NCBI GenBank assembly: GCA_049840735.1
Contig: JASGJN010000002.1
Span: forward strand, 128,001-192,000
Reading direction: 5' to 3'
Length of the DNA: 64,000 nt
DNA from: Anaeromyxobacter sp.
GTDB taxonomy: Bacteria; Myxococcota; Myxococcia; Myxococcales; Anaeromyxobacteraceae
Shown here: piece by piece, positions 13,546 to 22,718 of the stretch
Layout of the letters: every line of letters starts with the position of its first letter
Numbering within the stretch: position 1 is the stretch's first letter
Translations under genes and position numbers: made by a program
The notes under the pieces: generated by a model
What the model was told of the DNA's origin: nothing
What the model saw: only the letters and a program-made list of their open reading frames with translations
The model's database searches: none

Positions 13546-14466
13546 TCAGCCGGCCTGGGCGGCGGCCAGGATCTCGCCGCGCCGCTCCCTGGCGCGGGCA
13601 ACGTCCCCCTCGTACTTGAGCACCAGGTTGAGCGTCGCGTCGAGCAGCGCCGGCTCCAGCCGGTCCGCCTCCAGCAGCACCAGCGCCCGGACCCAGTCCA
13701 GCGTCTCGGAGATGGACGGCGCCTTCTTGAGATCGAGCGTGCGCAGCCGCGCCACCGCGGCCACCACGCCGCGCGCCAGCGCCTCGGCCGCCTCCGGCAC
13801 GCGGGTCCGGACGATGGCCAGCTCGCGCTCGCGCGCGGGGAAGTCGAGGTACAGGTGGAGGCAGCGCCGCTTGAGCGCGTCGGACAGATCGCGCGCGGCG
13901 TTGGAGGTGAGCACCACGCGCGGGATGTGGCGGGCCCGCACCGGCCCCAGCTCCGGCACCGTGACCGTCCAGTCCGAGAGCACCTCGAGCAGGAACGCCT
14001 CCAGCTCCGGGTCGGCCTTGTCGATCTCGTCCACCAGCAGCAGCGCCGGCGCCTCGGAGAGGAGCGCGCGCAGCACCGGGCGCGGGAGCAGGAAGCGCTC
14101 GCTGAAGAAGACGTTGCCCTGGGCGGCGACGCGGTCGGCCGCCTCGGCCAGCGAGCCCGCCCCCTCCAGCGCGGCGCCGATCCGGTCGCGCAGCAGCTGG
14201 GTGTAGAGGAGCTGCTTGGCGTACTCCCACTCGTAGAGCGCCTTGGACTCGTCGAGCCCCTCGTAGCACTGGAGGCGGATCAGCACCCGGCCGCTGGCCT
14301 CGGCGAAGGCGCGCGCCAGCTCGGTCTTGCCCACGCCCGCCGGCCCCTCCACCAGCACCGGCTTCTCCAGCCGGTCCGCCAGGAAGACGGCGGTGGCGAT
14401 CTCCGGCGAGGGCAGGTAGCCCGCCGCCGTCAGCTTGTCCGACACCTCCGCCACGGTCCCGAACAC
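13546..14466 (-). CDS. MoxR family AAA+ ATPase (CoxD-like)
   Basis: EGPAGVGKTELA, LQCYEGLDE, LLVDEIDK, LSDALKRRC, KKAPSISETLDW. Confidence 0.92.
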   Translation of the reverse strand: MFGTVAEVSDKLTAAGYLPSPEIATAVFLADRLEKPVLVEGPAGVGKTELARAFAEASGRVLIRLQCYEGLDESKALYEWEYAKQLLYTQLLRDRIGAALEGAGSLAEAADRVAAQGNVFFSERFLLPRPVLRALLSEAPALLLVDEIDKADPELEAFLLEVLSDWTVTVPELGPVRARHIPRVVLTSNAARDLSDALKRRCLHLYLDFPARERELAIVRTRVPEAAEALARGVVAAVARLRTLDLKKAPSISETLDWVRALVLLEADRLEPALLDATLNLVLKYEGDVARARERRGEILAAAQAG

Positions 14467-14714
14467 GGCGACCTCCCTCCCCCGAGGAGGCCCCCGGGAG
14501 CGGGTCCAAAGGTAACCGGCCCCGGGGGAACCGGCGAGCGAAGCGCGGCAGACGTCAGCGGATTTTCCGGGGGACGGGCGGGGGGGCGCCTGGGTCAGGA
14601 TCCGAGGGTCAAGTCAGACCCAAGCGTCTCCAGGCACCTTCCGTTTTACAGACGCCGCCCGGGGCACACGTTTGCAACCGCTGGATTTCACGAATGGCGG
14701 CTGGGCGGAGCGGC

Positions 14715-14730
14715 CGGCACGCGGCTTGAA
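14715..14730 (+). promoter_or_regulatory. Putative sigma54 (-24/-12) promoter
   Basis: CGGCACG-CGGC-TTGAA versus consensus TGGCACG-N4-TTGCW, correct spacing. Confidence 0.5.
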
Positions 14731-14740
14731 GTGAAACCTG

Positions 14741-14982
14741 GGCGAGTCCCGCCGGAGGCCGGCCAAGGACCCTGCCATGAACGCGAAGCTCCATTCCCAA
14801 ACGCTCGATTGCAGGGCCCACCTCCCGTTTCACGTCCAAGTCGATGCGAGGTCGGAAGCTCGACTCCCCCCACCGCCGGTCGCTCCTCACGAGGAGCCCG
14901 GCGGAGAGCACCCATAGGCTGCTGAACAAGCGCCAAAGCTAGAGAGGCCGAGCGGAGGTCACTCCGCCGGCCTTTCGCTTTT
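14741..14982 (+). ncRNA. Candidate small RNA (alternative: 46-aa ORF at 14777-14917)
   Basis: Lower-GC intergenic stretch between a sigma54-like promoter and a terminator; hairpin at 14873-14903; the small ORF has atypical A/T-ending codons. Confidence 0.4.
14944..14982 (+). terminator. Rho-independent terminator
   Basis: gaggccg-agcggag-gtca-ctccgc-cggcct followed by ttcgctttt. Confidence 0.6.
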
Positions 14983-15012
14983 CCGGGCGCCTTGGGCGCC
15001 CGGAAAAGCGAA
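14974..15012. repeat. Perfect 18-bp inverted repeat
   Basis: ttcgcttttccgggcgcc-ttg-ggcgcccggaaaagcgaa. Confidence 0.9.
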
Positions 15013-15021
15013 GGATTCTGA

Positions 15022-15077
15022 CGGGGGCTGCGCCCCCGCCCCTGCTGCGGCGGGGCCGAGCGCGCTGCGGCCTCCGC
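15022..15077. repeat. Internally deleted copy of the multi-hairpin REP-like element
   Basis: cgggggctgcgcccccgcccctgctgcggcggggccgagcgcgctgcggcctccg matches parts of 8394-8476. Confidence 0.8.
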
Positions 15078-17333
15078 TCACACCTCGATCTTCACCCTCA
15101 GCTCACCGCCCTCCACCTTCAGGACCTCGGCGAAGGCGCCGGAGGGGCCGCGGATGAAGCGCAGGTCGGCCCGGGCGTCGCCGATGCGGAGCCGCTCCAG
15201 GCGGACCTCGTCGAGCCAGGCCGGGAGCCAGGGGCGGACGATGCGCAGCTCGTGGGCGGGGGCGTCGGGGAACAGGCCCAGCACCGCGCGGAGCAGCAGG
15301 AACCAGGCGGCCGACGACCAGGCCTGGGGCGAGCAGGCCACCGGGTAGTGGACCGGGAACTGGCCGGACTGGCGCGAGAGGCCGCAGAACAGCTCGGGCA
15401 GGCGGAGCTGGCGGAAGTGCTGCGCGGCGTCCCAGAGGCCGCCCAGCACCTGCGCCGCCTCGCGGGTCATGCCGTAGGTGGCGAGCCCCATGGCGCAGAG
15501 GGCGTTGTCGTGCGGCCAGACGGTGCCGTCGTGGTAGCTGAGCGGGTTGTAGGCGGGCTGGCCGGAGGCCAGCGTGCGGATGCCCCAGCCGCTCCAGAGC
15601 CCGCCCGCCAGCAGCGAGGCGGCCACCTTCCTGGCCCGCTCGGCCGTGACGGCGCCCGAGAAGAGCAGGTGGCCGGCGTTGGAGGTGACGGCGTCCACCT
15701 GCCGCTTCTCTCGGTCCAGCGCGATGGCGTAGGTGCCCGCCTCCTCCATCCAGAGCCGCTCCTCGACCGCCGCCGCGTGCCCGCGCGCCGCGGCCCGCAG
15801 CGCCCGCGCCTCGGAGCGCCGGCCCAGCCGCTCCAGGATGGCGGCCATGCGCCGGCGCGCGTCGATGGCGTACCCCTGCACCTCCACCAGCGCGATGGGC
15901 GGCTCGGCCGGGCGCCCGTCGGCGAACGGCACGCCGTCGTGGCTGTCCTTCCAGCCCTGGTTGCGCAGCCCCTTGCCGGTCCGGCGCTGGTACTCCAGCA
16001 GCCCGTCGCCGTCCCGGTCGCCCCAGCGATCGAGCCAGCCCAGCGCGGCCTCGGCGTGCGGCAGCAGCTCCTGCAGCGTGGCCTGGTCCCCGGTCCAGCG
16101 GTCGTACTCGGAGAGGAGCACCAGGAAGAGCGGCGTCGCGTCCACCGAGCCGTAGTACGGCGTGTGCGGCACCTCGCCGGCCGCGGCCATCTCGCCGAAG
16201 CGGATCTCGTGCGGGATCTTCCCCGGCTCCTCGTCGCGCGAGGGATTGTCGGCGGTCCCCTGCAGCCGCGCCAGGAAGCGGAGCGCGTCGCGCGCCACGT
16301 CGGGGTGGGCGGGCAGCGCCTCGAAGCCGGCGATGAGCGCGTCCCGGCCGAACGGGCAGGTGTACCAGGGGATGCCGGCCGAGATGACCGGCGCGCCGAA
16401 GTGGTAGACGGTGAGCGCCTTGAGGTCGGCGACCGACTGCGCCAGCGCGCCGGTGAAGAGGTCGTTGGAGGTCGAGAAGCCGGTGGCGGCCTGGGCCCAG
16501 CTGGCGTAGGCCTCGCGCGTGGCCGCGGCCCGGGCCGGCCAGGGCCGGTGGGCACCGCGCGGCACCGGCCGCTCCTCGTCCAGCCCGCGCACCTTGCCCG
16601 GCGTGCCGCGCTCGATGCCGGCCGCCACCACGAAGGTCACCTCCACCCGCTCCGCCGGCGCGAGCCGCAGCCCCAGCCGCGCCCGGCCGCCGGTCAGCTC
16701 CTCCAGCCGCGCCGGGCCGGCGCCACCGTCCAGCCCCTCCACCCGGATCTCGGTGGCGTAGCGCCGCCCGTCCCGCCCCTCGTAGCGGAGCACCACCCGG
16801 TCCCGCTCCAGCACCGGGGCCAGGTAGGTCCCCCGCTCCGTCCGGCGCGCGCCGCGGATCTCGAAGACGTCGGCGAAGTCGGCCGCCCAGGCCAGCTCCA
16901 GCGAGGTGGCCACCGGGCGCCCCTGGAAGTTCTCGAGCGCGATCCGGTCCACCAGCACGTCGTCGATGAGCAGCTCGCGGCGCAGGTGGACGTAGTTGAC
17001 CGGCTCGCGCCCCAGCAGGTCGCCCTCGTGCAGGCTGGTGACCGTGAAGTCCACCTGCGCCAGGTAGTCGGGCGAGACCTGGGAGGAGAGGCAGAGCATG
17101 GGGCCGCCCGCCAGCGCCAGGCGCCAGGCGGAGAGGTGGCGGGTGTCGGTCAGGAACAGCCCCAGGTCGCGGGCGCCCGCGGGCGCCACGTCGCCCAGCC
17201 GGTTCGCCACCAGGAAGAGGTTCCCGCGCTTCAGGACCAGCTTGTCGACGCCGGTGGCCTCGGGCTGGACCGAAGGGTCGGTGTAGCCCAGCAGCTCCTC
17301 CGGGGCTGCGGTCAGCGCGCCGCCGTCGTCCAT
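15078..17333 (-). CDS. Amylo-alpha-1,6-glucosidase / glycogen debranching-like (alpha/alpha)6 glycoside hydrolase
   Basis: AGIPWYTCPFGRD, EEPGKIPHE, YYGSVDATPLF, NQGWKDS, SYHDGTVWPHDN, ACSPQAWS. Confidence 0.93.
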   Translation of the reverse strand: MDDGGALTAAPEELLGYTDPSVQPEATGVDKLVLKRGNLFLVANRLGDVAPAGARDLGLFLTDTRHLSAWRLALAGGPMLCLSSQVSPDYLAQVDFTVTSLHEGDLLGREPVNYVHLRRELLIDDVLVDRIALENFQGRPVATSLELAWAADFADVFEIRGARRTERGTYLAPVLERDRVVLRYEGRDGRRYATEIRVEGLDGGAGPARLEELTGGRARLGLRLAPAERVEVTFVVAAGIERGTPGKVRGLDEERPVPRGAHRPWPARAAATREAYASWAQAATGFSTSNDLFTGALAQSVADLKALTVYHFGAPVISAGIPWYTCPFGRDALIAGFEALPAHPDVARDALRFLARLQGTADNPSRDEEPGKIPHEIRFGEMAAAGEVPHTPYYGSVDATPLFLVLLSEYDRWTGDQATLQELLPHAEAALGWLDRWGDRDGDGLLEYQRRTGKGLRNQGWKDSHDGVPFADGRPAEPPIALVEVQGYAIDARRRMAAILERLGRRSEARALRAAARGHAAAVEERLWMEEAGTYAIALDREKRQVDAVTSNAGHLLFSGAVTAERARKVAASLLAGGLWSGWGIRTLASGQPAYNPLSYHDGTVWPHDNALCAMGLATYGMTREAAQVLGGLWDAAQHFRQLRLPELFCGLSRQSGQFPVHYPVACSPQAWSSAAWFLLLRAVLGLFPDAPAHELRIVRPWLPAWLDEVRLERLRIGDARADLRFIRGPSGAFAEVLKVEGGELRVKIEV

Positions 17334-18390
17334 TCGTCACCCTCCCCGGCCTGGCCCGGACCGCTCCGGCGCAGGTGATCCGCCACCGCCTCGCGGTAGA
17401 CCGCCAGGTAGCCCCGCGCCATCTGGTCGGCCGAGAACCGCTCGCGCGCCCGGGCCTGGATCACGCGCCGATCCAGGGCGCCGGCCCGCCGCAGCGCGCG
17501 CGCCATGTCCCGGACCCCGTCCACCAGGAACCCGTCCACCCCGTCCTCCACCAGCTCCGGCGCCGCCCCCAGCGGCGTGGCGATCACCGGGCAGCCGGCC
17601 AGCAGCGCCTCCAGCATGACCAGCCCGAACGGCTCCTCCCAGCGCAGCGGCACCAGCAGCGCGCGCCCCCTGGCCAGCGCCCGGCGCTTGGCGGAGAGAT
17701 CGGGCGGACCCGATCCAGCGGACGTGCGGCTGGCGCAGCGCCTGCTGCAGCTCGGCGGCCCACTCCGGCCCGTCGTCGCCGACGTGGACCTCGCCCCCCA
17801 CCAGCAGCGAGGTGCCCGCCAGCCGGGCCGCCGCGACCGCCAGGTCCGGCGCCTTGCAGCGCGCCAGCCGCCCCAGGAACACCGCCCCGCCGCCGCCCGG
17901 GCCGGCCACCGGGTAGAGCTCGGGGTCGAGGCCGTGGTGCACCACGTGGTGGGCGGGCGGCTCGGCCAGCTCGGCCTGCCGCCGGGAGATGGCCACGCAG
18001 CGCACCAGCGGCGCCTCGGCGTAGAAGCGGCTGAGCGTGGGCTGCCGGGCGTGGTGCAGGGTGTAGACCATGGGCGCCGGCAGCTCGCCGGCGAAGGCCA
18101 CCATGGCCGGCACGTGGGCGTGGACCACGTCGAACCGGCCGGCGCAGAATCTCGCGCACCGCGAACTGGCAGTGAAGCAGCTCGGCGTAGGGGTCCGGCG
18201 GCCAGATGGGCCCCGGGAAGCGGGCCCGGAGCCCCGGGACGCGCGAGTCCCCGGTGGCGAAGACCGCCACCTCGTGGCCGGCGCGCGCCAGGGCGCGGAC
18301 CAGGGCGTGGACGATCAGCTCCGTCCCTCCGTAGGCCGGGGGCGGGACGGCGACGAAGGGCGTCGAGACCACGGCGATCCGCACGTCCAC
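17312..18390 (-). CDS. GT4 glycosyltransferase, frameshifts at ~18149 and ~17702
   Basis: VPPPAYGGTELIV, FDVVHAH, FLGRLARCK, WEEPFGLVMLEALLAGCPV spread over three frames; each junction is repaired by deleting one base. Confidence 0.88.
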
Positions 18391-18549
18391 AAGCTAGGGG
18401 TGGTACCGGGTGCCGACCAGCGGCGCCGGCCAGGCGGCTCCCGGACCAGGGGAGAGCCGGGCCCACACCGCCGCCGTGCGGGCCGGCGCACCGCCGCCCG
18501 ACGGTCCTCCTGGCACCCGGGGCCGCTGGGGCGGTAGACTCCCTGTCCC

Positions 18550-19662
18550 ATGGAAGGACAGGGTCCGCTCAGCGAGGAGATGTTCCACTCGTTCCTGCAG
18601 CTCGCCGTCAAGCGACAGGCGAGCGACGTCCACTTCGAGGTCGGCTACCCGCCCACCTACCGCGTGTTCGGCGAGCTGCTGGCGGCCAAGTACCCGCCGC
18701 TCACGCCGGCCGACACCGAGGCCATCGCCAACTTCGTGCTGCAGGCGCCCGGCTCCGGCTTCACCCCGCTCGACTTCCGCGAGGTGGACCGCGGCTACGC
18801 GCTGCCCGGCGTCTCCCGCTTCCGCGCCTCCATCTTCAAGCAGCGCGGGAGCTGGGGCGCGGTGATGCGGACCATCCCCTTCCAGATCCCGGAGTTCGAG
18901 GGCCTGAACCTGCCGCCGGTGATCCGGACCATCGCCGGCGCGCGCCGCGGGCTCATCTGCGTCACCGGCGCGACCGGCAACGGCAAGTCCACCACCATCG
19001 CCAGCATCATCAACCACATCATCACGCAGGAGCGGCTGCACGTCGTCACGGTCGAGGATCCGATCGAGTTCATCTTCGCCGGCGGCAAGGGGCTGGTGAT
19101 CCAGCGCGAGGTGGGCTCGGACACGGCCAGCTACACCGACGCGCTCCGCGCGGCGCTGCGGCAGGACCCCGACATCATCATGGTGGGCGAGCTGCGCGAC
19201 CGGGAGGCCGCCGACATCTGCCTCAAGGCGGCCGAGACCGGCCACCTGGTCATCACCTCGCTGCACACGCCGGACGTGCCGCGCGCCATCGGCCGCATCG
19301 TGGGGCTCTTCCCGGCCGACGAGCAGGAGGGGGTGCGGGCCCGCCTGGCGGACAACCTGCAGGCCTGCATCGCGCTCCGCCTGCTGATGCGGGCCGACGC
19401 CACCGGCCTCATCCCGGCGGTGGAGGCCATGCTGGCCACCACCACGGTGCGCGAGATGATCCGGGACGGCACCAAGATCAACGACCTGCGCGCCTACATG
19501 GACCAGGCCGGCGCCGACCTGGGCATGCACTCCTTCGACCAGTACCTGTACCGCCTGCACGAGTCCAAGCGGATCGGCCTCGACACCGCGCTGGCCAACG
19601 CCACGCACCGGGCCGACCTGGAGCGCCGGATCATGATGGAGACGGGGGGCCGTCCCACGTGA
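18550..19662 (+). CDS. pilT: PilT/PilU family type IV pilus ATPase (paralog)
   Basis: ASDVH, GATGNGKSTT, TVEDPIEF, QREVG, ALRQDPDIIMVGELRD, AETGHLVITSLHT, GMHSFDQ. Confidence 0.9.
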   Translation: MEGQGPLSEEMFHSFLQLAVKRQASDVHFEVGYPPTYRVFGELLAAKYPPLTPADTEAIANFVLQAPGSGFTPLDFREVDRGYALPGVSRFRASIFKQRGSWGAVMRTIPFQIPEFEGLNLPPVIRTIAGARRGLICVTGATGNGKSTTIASIINHIITQERLHVVTVEDPIEFIFAGGKGLVIQREVGSDTASYTDALRAALRQDPDIIMVGELRDREAADICLKAAETGHLVITSLHTPDVPRAIGRIVGLFPADEQEGVRARLADNLQACIALRLLMRADATGLIPAVEAMLATTTVREMIRDGTKINDLRAYMDQAGADLGMHSFDQYLYRLHESKRIGLDTALANATHRADLERRIMMETGGRPT

Positions 19663-20586
19663 GCCAGGCCGGCGCCCCTGCGGCGTCGCGCGTCCTCGTG
19701 GTGGGCTCGGACGCCGACGTCTCGATCACGCTCCACCTGCACCTCGAGCGTGCGGGCTACGGCGTGTATTGCGTGCCGGGGCCGGCGGACCTCGAGGTGT
19801 TCGTGCGGGCCGTCGCGCCCCACGTGATCGTGCTGCTGCTCCCCGCCGCGCCGGACGGCAGCTGGGGCACCGCGCTCACCACCGCCGCCAGCGCCGCCCG
19901 CGTCGGCGTGCGGGTGGTGATGGTGGCGCCCTCCCGCGAGAATCGTGGAGCCGCTGGCGGCCGTGGCCGGGGCCGAGCGCGCCCTGGCCCGCGCCGAGGT
20001 CATCTCCCGCCCGCTCACCGTGGTGGAGCGCCACGTGGGAGGCGGGCTGGTCGGGGGAGGCCTGTCGCCGCCGGTGCAGGCGACCGGCCCGGCCCCGCAG
20101 CCGCCCCGCCCGCCGGCGGCCGCCATCGTCCCGCCGCCCGCGCCGGGGCCGCTGCCCGCGGCGTTCCCCCCGGACGCGGCACGTGCACGGGGCGGCGGCA
20201 GCGTGGACCTGATGGCGCTCATCGACGAGGAGCTGGTGGACGAGCCGCGCCAGCGGCCGGTCCTGACCCGCGTCGAGGTCAACGTCAGCCTGGTCTCGGA
20301 GCACAACTTCTACGTCGGCTCCTCCCGCCGGGTGGACACCGGGGGCGTCTTCATCGCCACCGCCATGCCGCCGCCGGTGGGGACGCGGCTGCACGTGCGC
20401 CTGGGGCTGGCGGATGGGCGCAAGCTCGACCTCGAGGGCGAGGTGGCCTTCGTCCGCGAGAAGAGCGCCACCACCGGCCGCCAGCCGTCCGGCTGCGGCG
20501 TGAAGCTGTTCGGCCTGCCCGCGTGGGCGGTGGACTCCATCGACCGCTTCGTCCTGGCGCGTCAGGCGATCGTCTACAGTCCGTGA
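19659..20586 (+). CDS. Degenerate receiver-like domain + myxobacterial PilZ-like (TIGR02266-type) domain; frameshift at 19940-19944
   Basis: GTGA overlap with the pilT stop; C-terminus SEHNFYVG...GGVFIAT...GEVAFVR...GCGVKL. Confidence 0.7.
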
Positions 20587-20692
20587 AGGGGGGAGCGCGG
20601 GGCGCGGCGCCAACGCGCCGCGTCGCGAGCGCCCCGTCGTGTCGATCCCAGGTCGGGTCCCGCCCCGTCCAGAGCGCGGACACCTGCGACAC

Positions 20693-20735
20693 GCGACCTC
20701 ATATGGCTGACTCCACAGTCAGTCACGGAGGTCGC
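20693..20735 (+). promoter_or_regulatory. Leader hairpin occluding the RBS / palindromic operator
   Basis: gcgacctc...ctgact-ccac-agtcag...gaggtcgc; the SD GGAGG lies in the 3' arm just upstream of ATG 20740. Confidence 0.5.
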
Positions 20736-20739
20736 ACGC

Positions 20740-21834
20740 ATGCCTGGATCGGCTCCGCTCCGCGTCGTCCCCTTCCTCGTCTCGCTGCTCGCGCTCACCG
20801 CCGCCCCGGCGCGCGCGAACACCATCAACCAGAACACGTCCTGGACCATCAACCGGACCGGCGCCACCACCACCTACCGCGTGGTGGCGTACGGCGACTC
20901 GATCTTCGCCGGCTACAACGGGAGCCTCACCTCCGTCTCGAAGCGGGCCGGGCCGCTGGTGGAGGGTGAGTACCTCGGCAAGACCTTCGGCACCGCCAAC
21001 ATCCAGGTGGTCCGGCGCACCAAGTCGGGCGCCGTGGCCAGCGACGTCTACCAGAACAAGATCGTCAACGAGCGCTCGTACATGCAGGCCGCCAGCACGC
21101 GCGTGGTGGTCTTCGAGATGTGCGGGAACGACTACCTGCAGGCGCGCAGCAGCTTCTCCGGCCAGAGCGGCACCTGCAACTACGCGCCGCTCGACAACGC
21201 CCTGAACAACTGCACCACGTACATGGAGCGGGCCATGCAGGCCATCAACACGTACGCGACCACGGCCCGGGCCAAGATCATCATGAACATCTACTACCCG
21301 GGGTACGCGGCCGACAACGTGCAGACCGGCTGCCGGGACGCCACCACCGGCGCCACCGTCAACAAGCAGTCGAAGTTCCTCCCCTACCTGGCCCGCAGCA
21401 ACTGGCGGGCCTGCGACCTCGCCGCGCGCTACGGGTTCCAGTGCGCCGACGTCTTCGCGCAGTGGATGGGGGCGGAGTACGACAGCAACGGCGACGGCCT
21501 GGTGGACACCGCCGGGCTGGCCTGGCGCGCCGGCGAGTCCGAGGCCGACTACGTGCAGCGCATCAGCGTGACGCTGCGGGGCACGCTCCGCGACGCCAAC
21601 GGCCACCTGACCTCGCCGTCCACCAGCTACGACTACCTGCTCTCGGACGACACGCACCCGACCTACACGGGCGGCACCATCGGCGTGAACATCTTCACCG
21701 GGAGCGGCAGCGGCTCGGGCGCGCCGGACTACTCCGACGCCCAGATCGTGAACGGGCAGAACCCGGTCTGGAACCGGCTGGGCCACGAGAAGGCCGGCTG
21801 GACGCTCTCGGGGAAGAACCCGACCTCGCCGTGA
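20740..21834 (+). CDS. Secreted SGNH/GDSL hydrolase
   Basis: Signal peptide (ARA/N), block I YGDSI, block III CGND, block V DDTHP; five Cys. Confidence 0.85.
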   Translation: MPGSAPLRVVPFLVSLLALTAAPARANTINQNTSWTINRTGATTTYRVVAYGDSIFAGYNGSLTSVSKRAGPLVEGEYLGKTFGTANIQVVRRTKSGAVASDVYQNKIVNERSYMQAASTRVVVFEMCGNDYLQARSSFSGQSGTCNYAPLDNALNNCTTYMERAMQAINTYATTARAKIIMNIYYPGYAADNVQTGCRDATTGATVNKQSKFLPYLARSNWRACDLAARYGFQCADVFAQWMGAEYDSNGDGLVDTAGLAWRAGESEADYVQRISVTLRGTLRDANGHLTSPSTSYDYLLSDDTHPTYTGGTIGVNIFTGSGSGSGAPDYSDAQIVNGQNPVWNRLGHEKAGWTLSGKNPTSP

Positions 21835-21842
21835 CCTCCGGA

Positions 21843-22676
21843 TCACGCGAGGAAGCGCGCGGCCAGCAGCGCCGGCACCCCGGCGTAGAGGACGGCGCGG
21901 CAGAGCCACTCGGCCACCTGCCGCGCCGCCCCGGCGCGGCCGGGGAGGAGCGCCGTCGCGACGGCGCAGCCGGCCCCGGCCAGCGCGCGCGCCGCCGCCG
22001 CCAGCAGCACCAGCAGCGCCAGGCTGGCGGCGGCGTAGCCGGAGAGCGTGCGCAGCCAGGCCAGCGGACCGGCCAGGTGCCACTCGCCCAGCGGCCCGCC
22101 GAAGGCGATGGCCTGGTGGGCGTGGAAGAGCACGCCCGCCACCAGGAGCGGCAGCGCCCCCCAGCGCAGCGCCAGCTCCAGGCGGCCCGGCCGGTGGCGC
22201 AGCCGGGCCCGCACCCAGGCCTCGGTCCGGCCGGGCTCGCCGGCGGCGGTGGCGCCGGCCGCGGCCAGGGCGTCGAGGAGCGCGCCCGGATCGTCCACCT
22301 CGAGGGCCACCGGCGGCGGCCCGGAGGCGAGCCGCAGCGCCAGGCCCGGCCCGGGCAGCGGCAGGCGCCAGGGGCGCGCCGCGCGGAGCGCGGAGAGCGG
22401 CAGCTCCAGCCGGCGGCTGCGCAGCGCCAGCACCAGCCGATCGGCCTCCACCGACGCGCGCCCGCGGGCGGCGGAGCGCACGGCGGCGACGGCCAGCCAG
22501 GGGCCGACGATGGTCAGCGCCGCCCCCAGCAGCAGCGCGGCCGAGGGCGGCCGCACCTCGCGCTGGGCGGCCGCGGCGGCGATCAGCGCCGCGTGGAACA
22601 GCAGGCTGGCCCACCCCAGCCCGAGGGCCAGGGCCAGCAGGGGACGCAGCGGACGGGCGTAGGCGCGGATGAGCAT
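21843..22676 (-). CDS. Hypothetical polytopic membrane protein
   Basis: Five or six hydrophobic segments; conserved-looking HQAIAFGGPLGEW. Confidence 0.7.
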   Translation of the reverse strand: MLIRAYARPLRPLLALALGLGWASLLFHAALIAAAAAQREVRPPSAALLLGAALTIVGPWLAVAAVRSAARGRASVEADRLVLALRSRRLELPLSALRAARPWRLPLPGPGLALRLASGPPPVALEVDDPGALLDALAAAGATAAGEPGRTEAWVRARLRHRPGRLELALRWGALPLLVAGVLFHAHQAIAFGGPLGEWHLAGPLAWLRTLSGYAAASLALLVLLAAAARALAGAGCAVATALLPGRAGAARQVAEWLCRAVLYAGVPALLAARFLA

Positions 22677-22718
22677 GGCGGCGGTCGGCCGCCACTATAG
22701 GGGAGCCGGGAGAGGAAC

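Noticed and set aside
14600..15000. tmRNA, RNase P RNA, 6S or tRNA
   Set aside because: No tRNA-like ends, T-loop or RNase P core motifs recognised on either strand; 6S cannot be fully excluded by eye.
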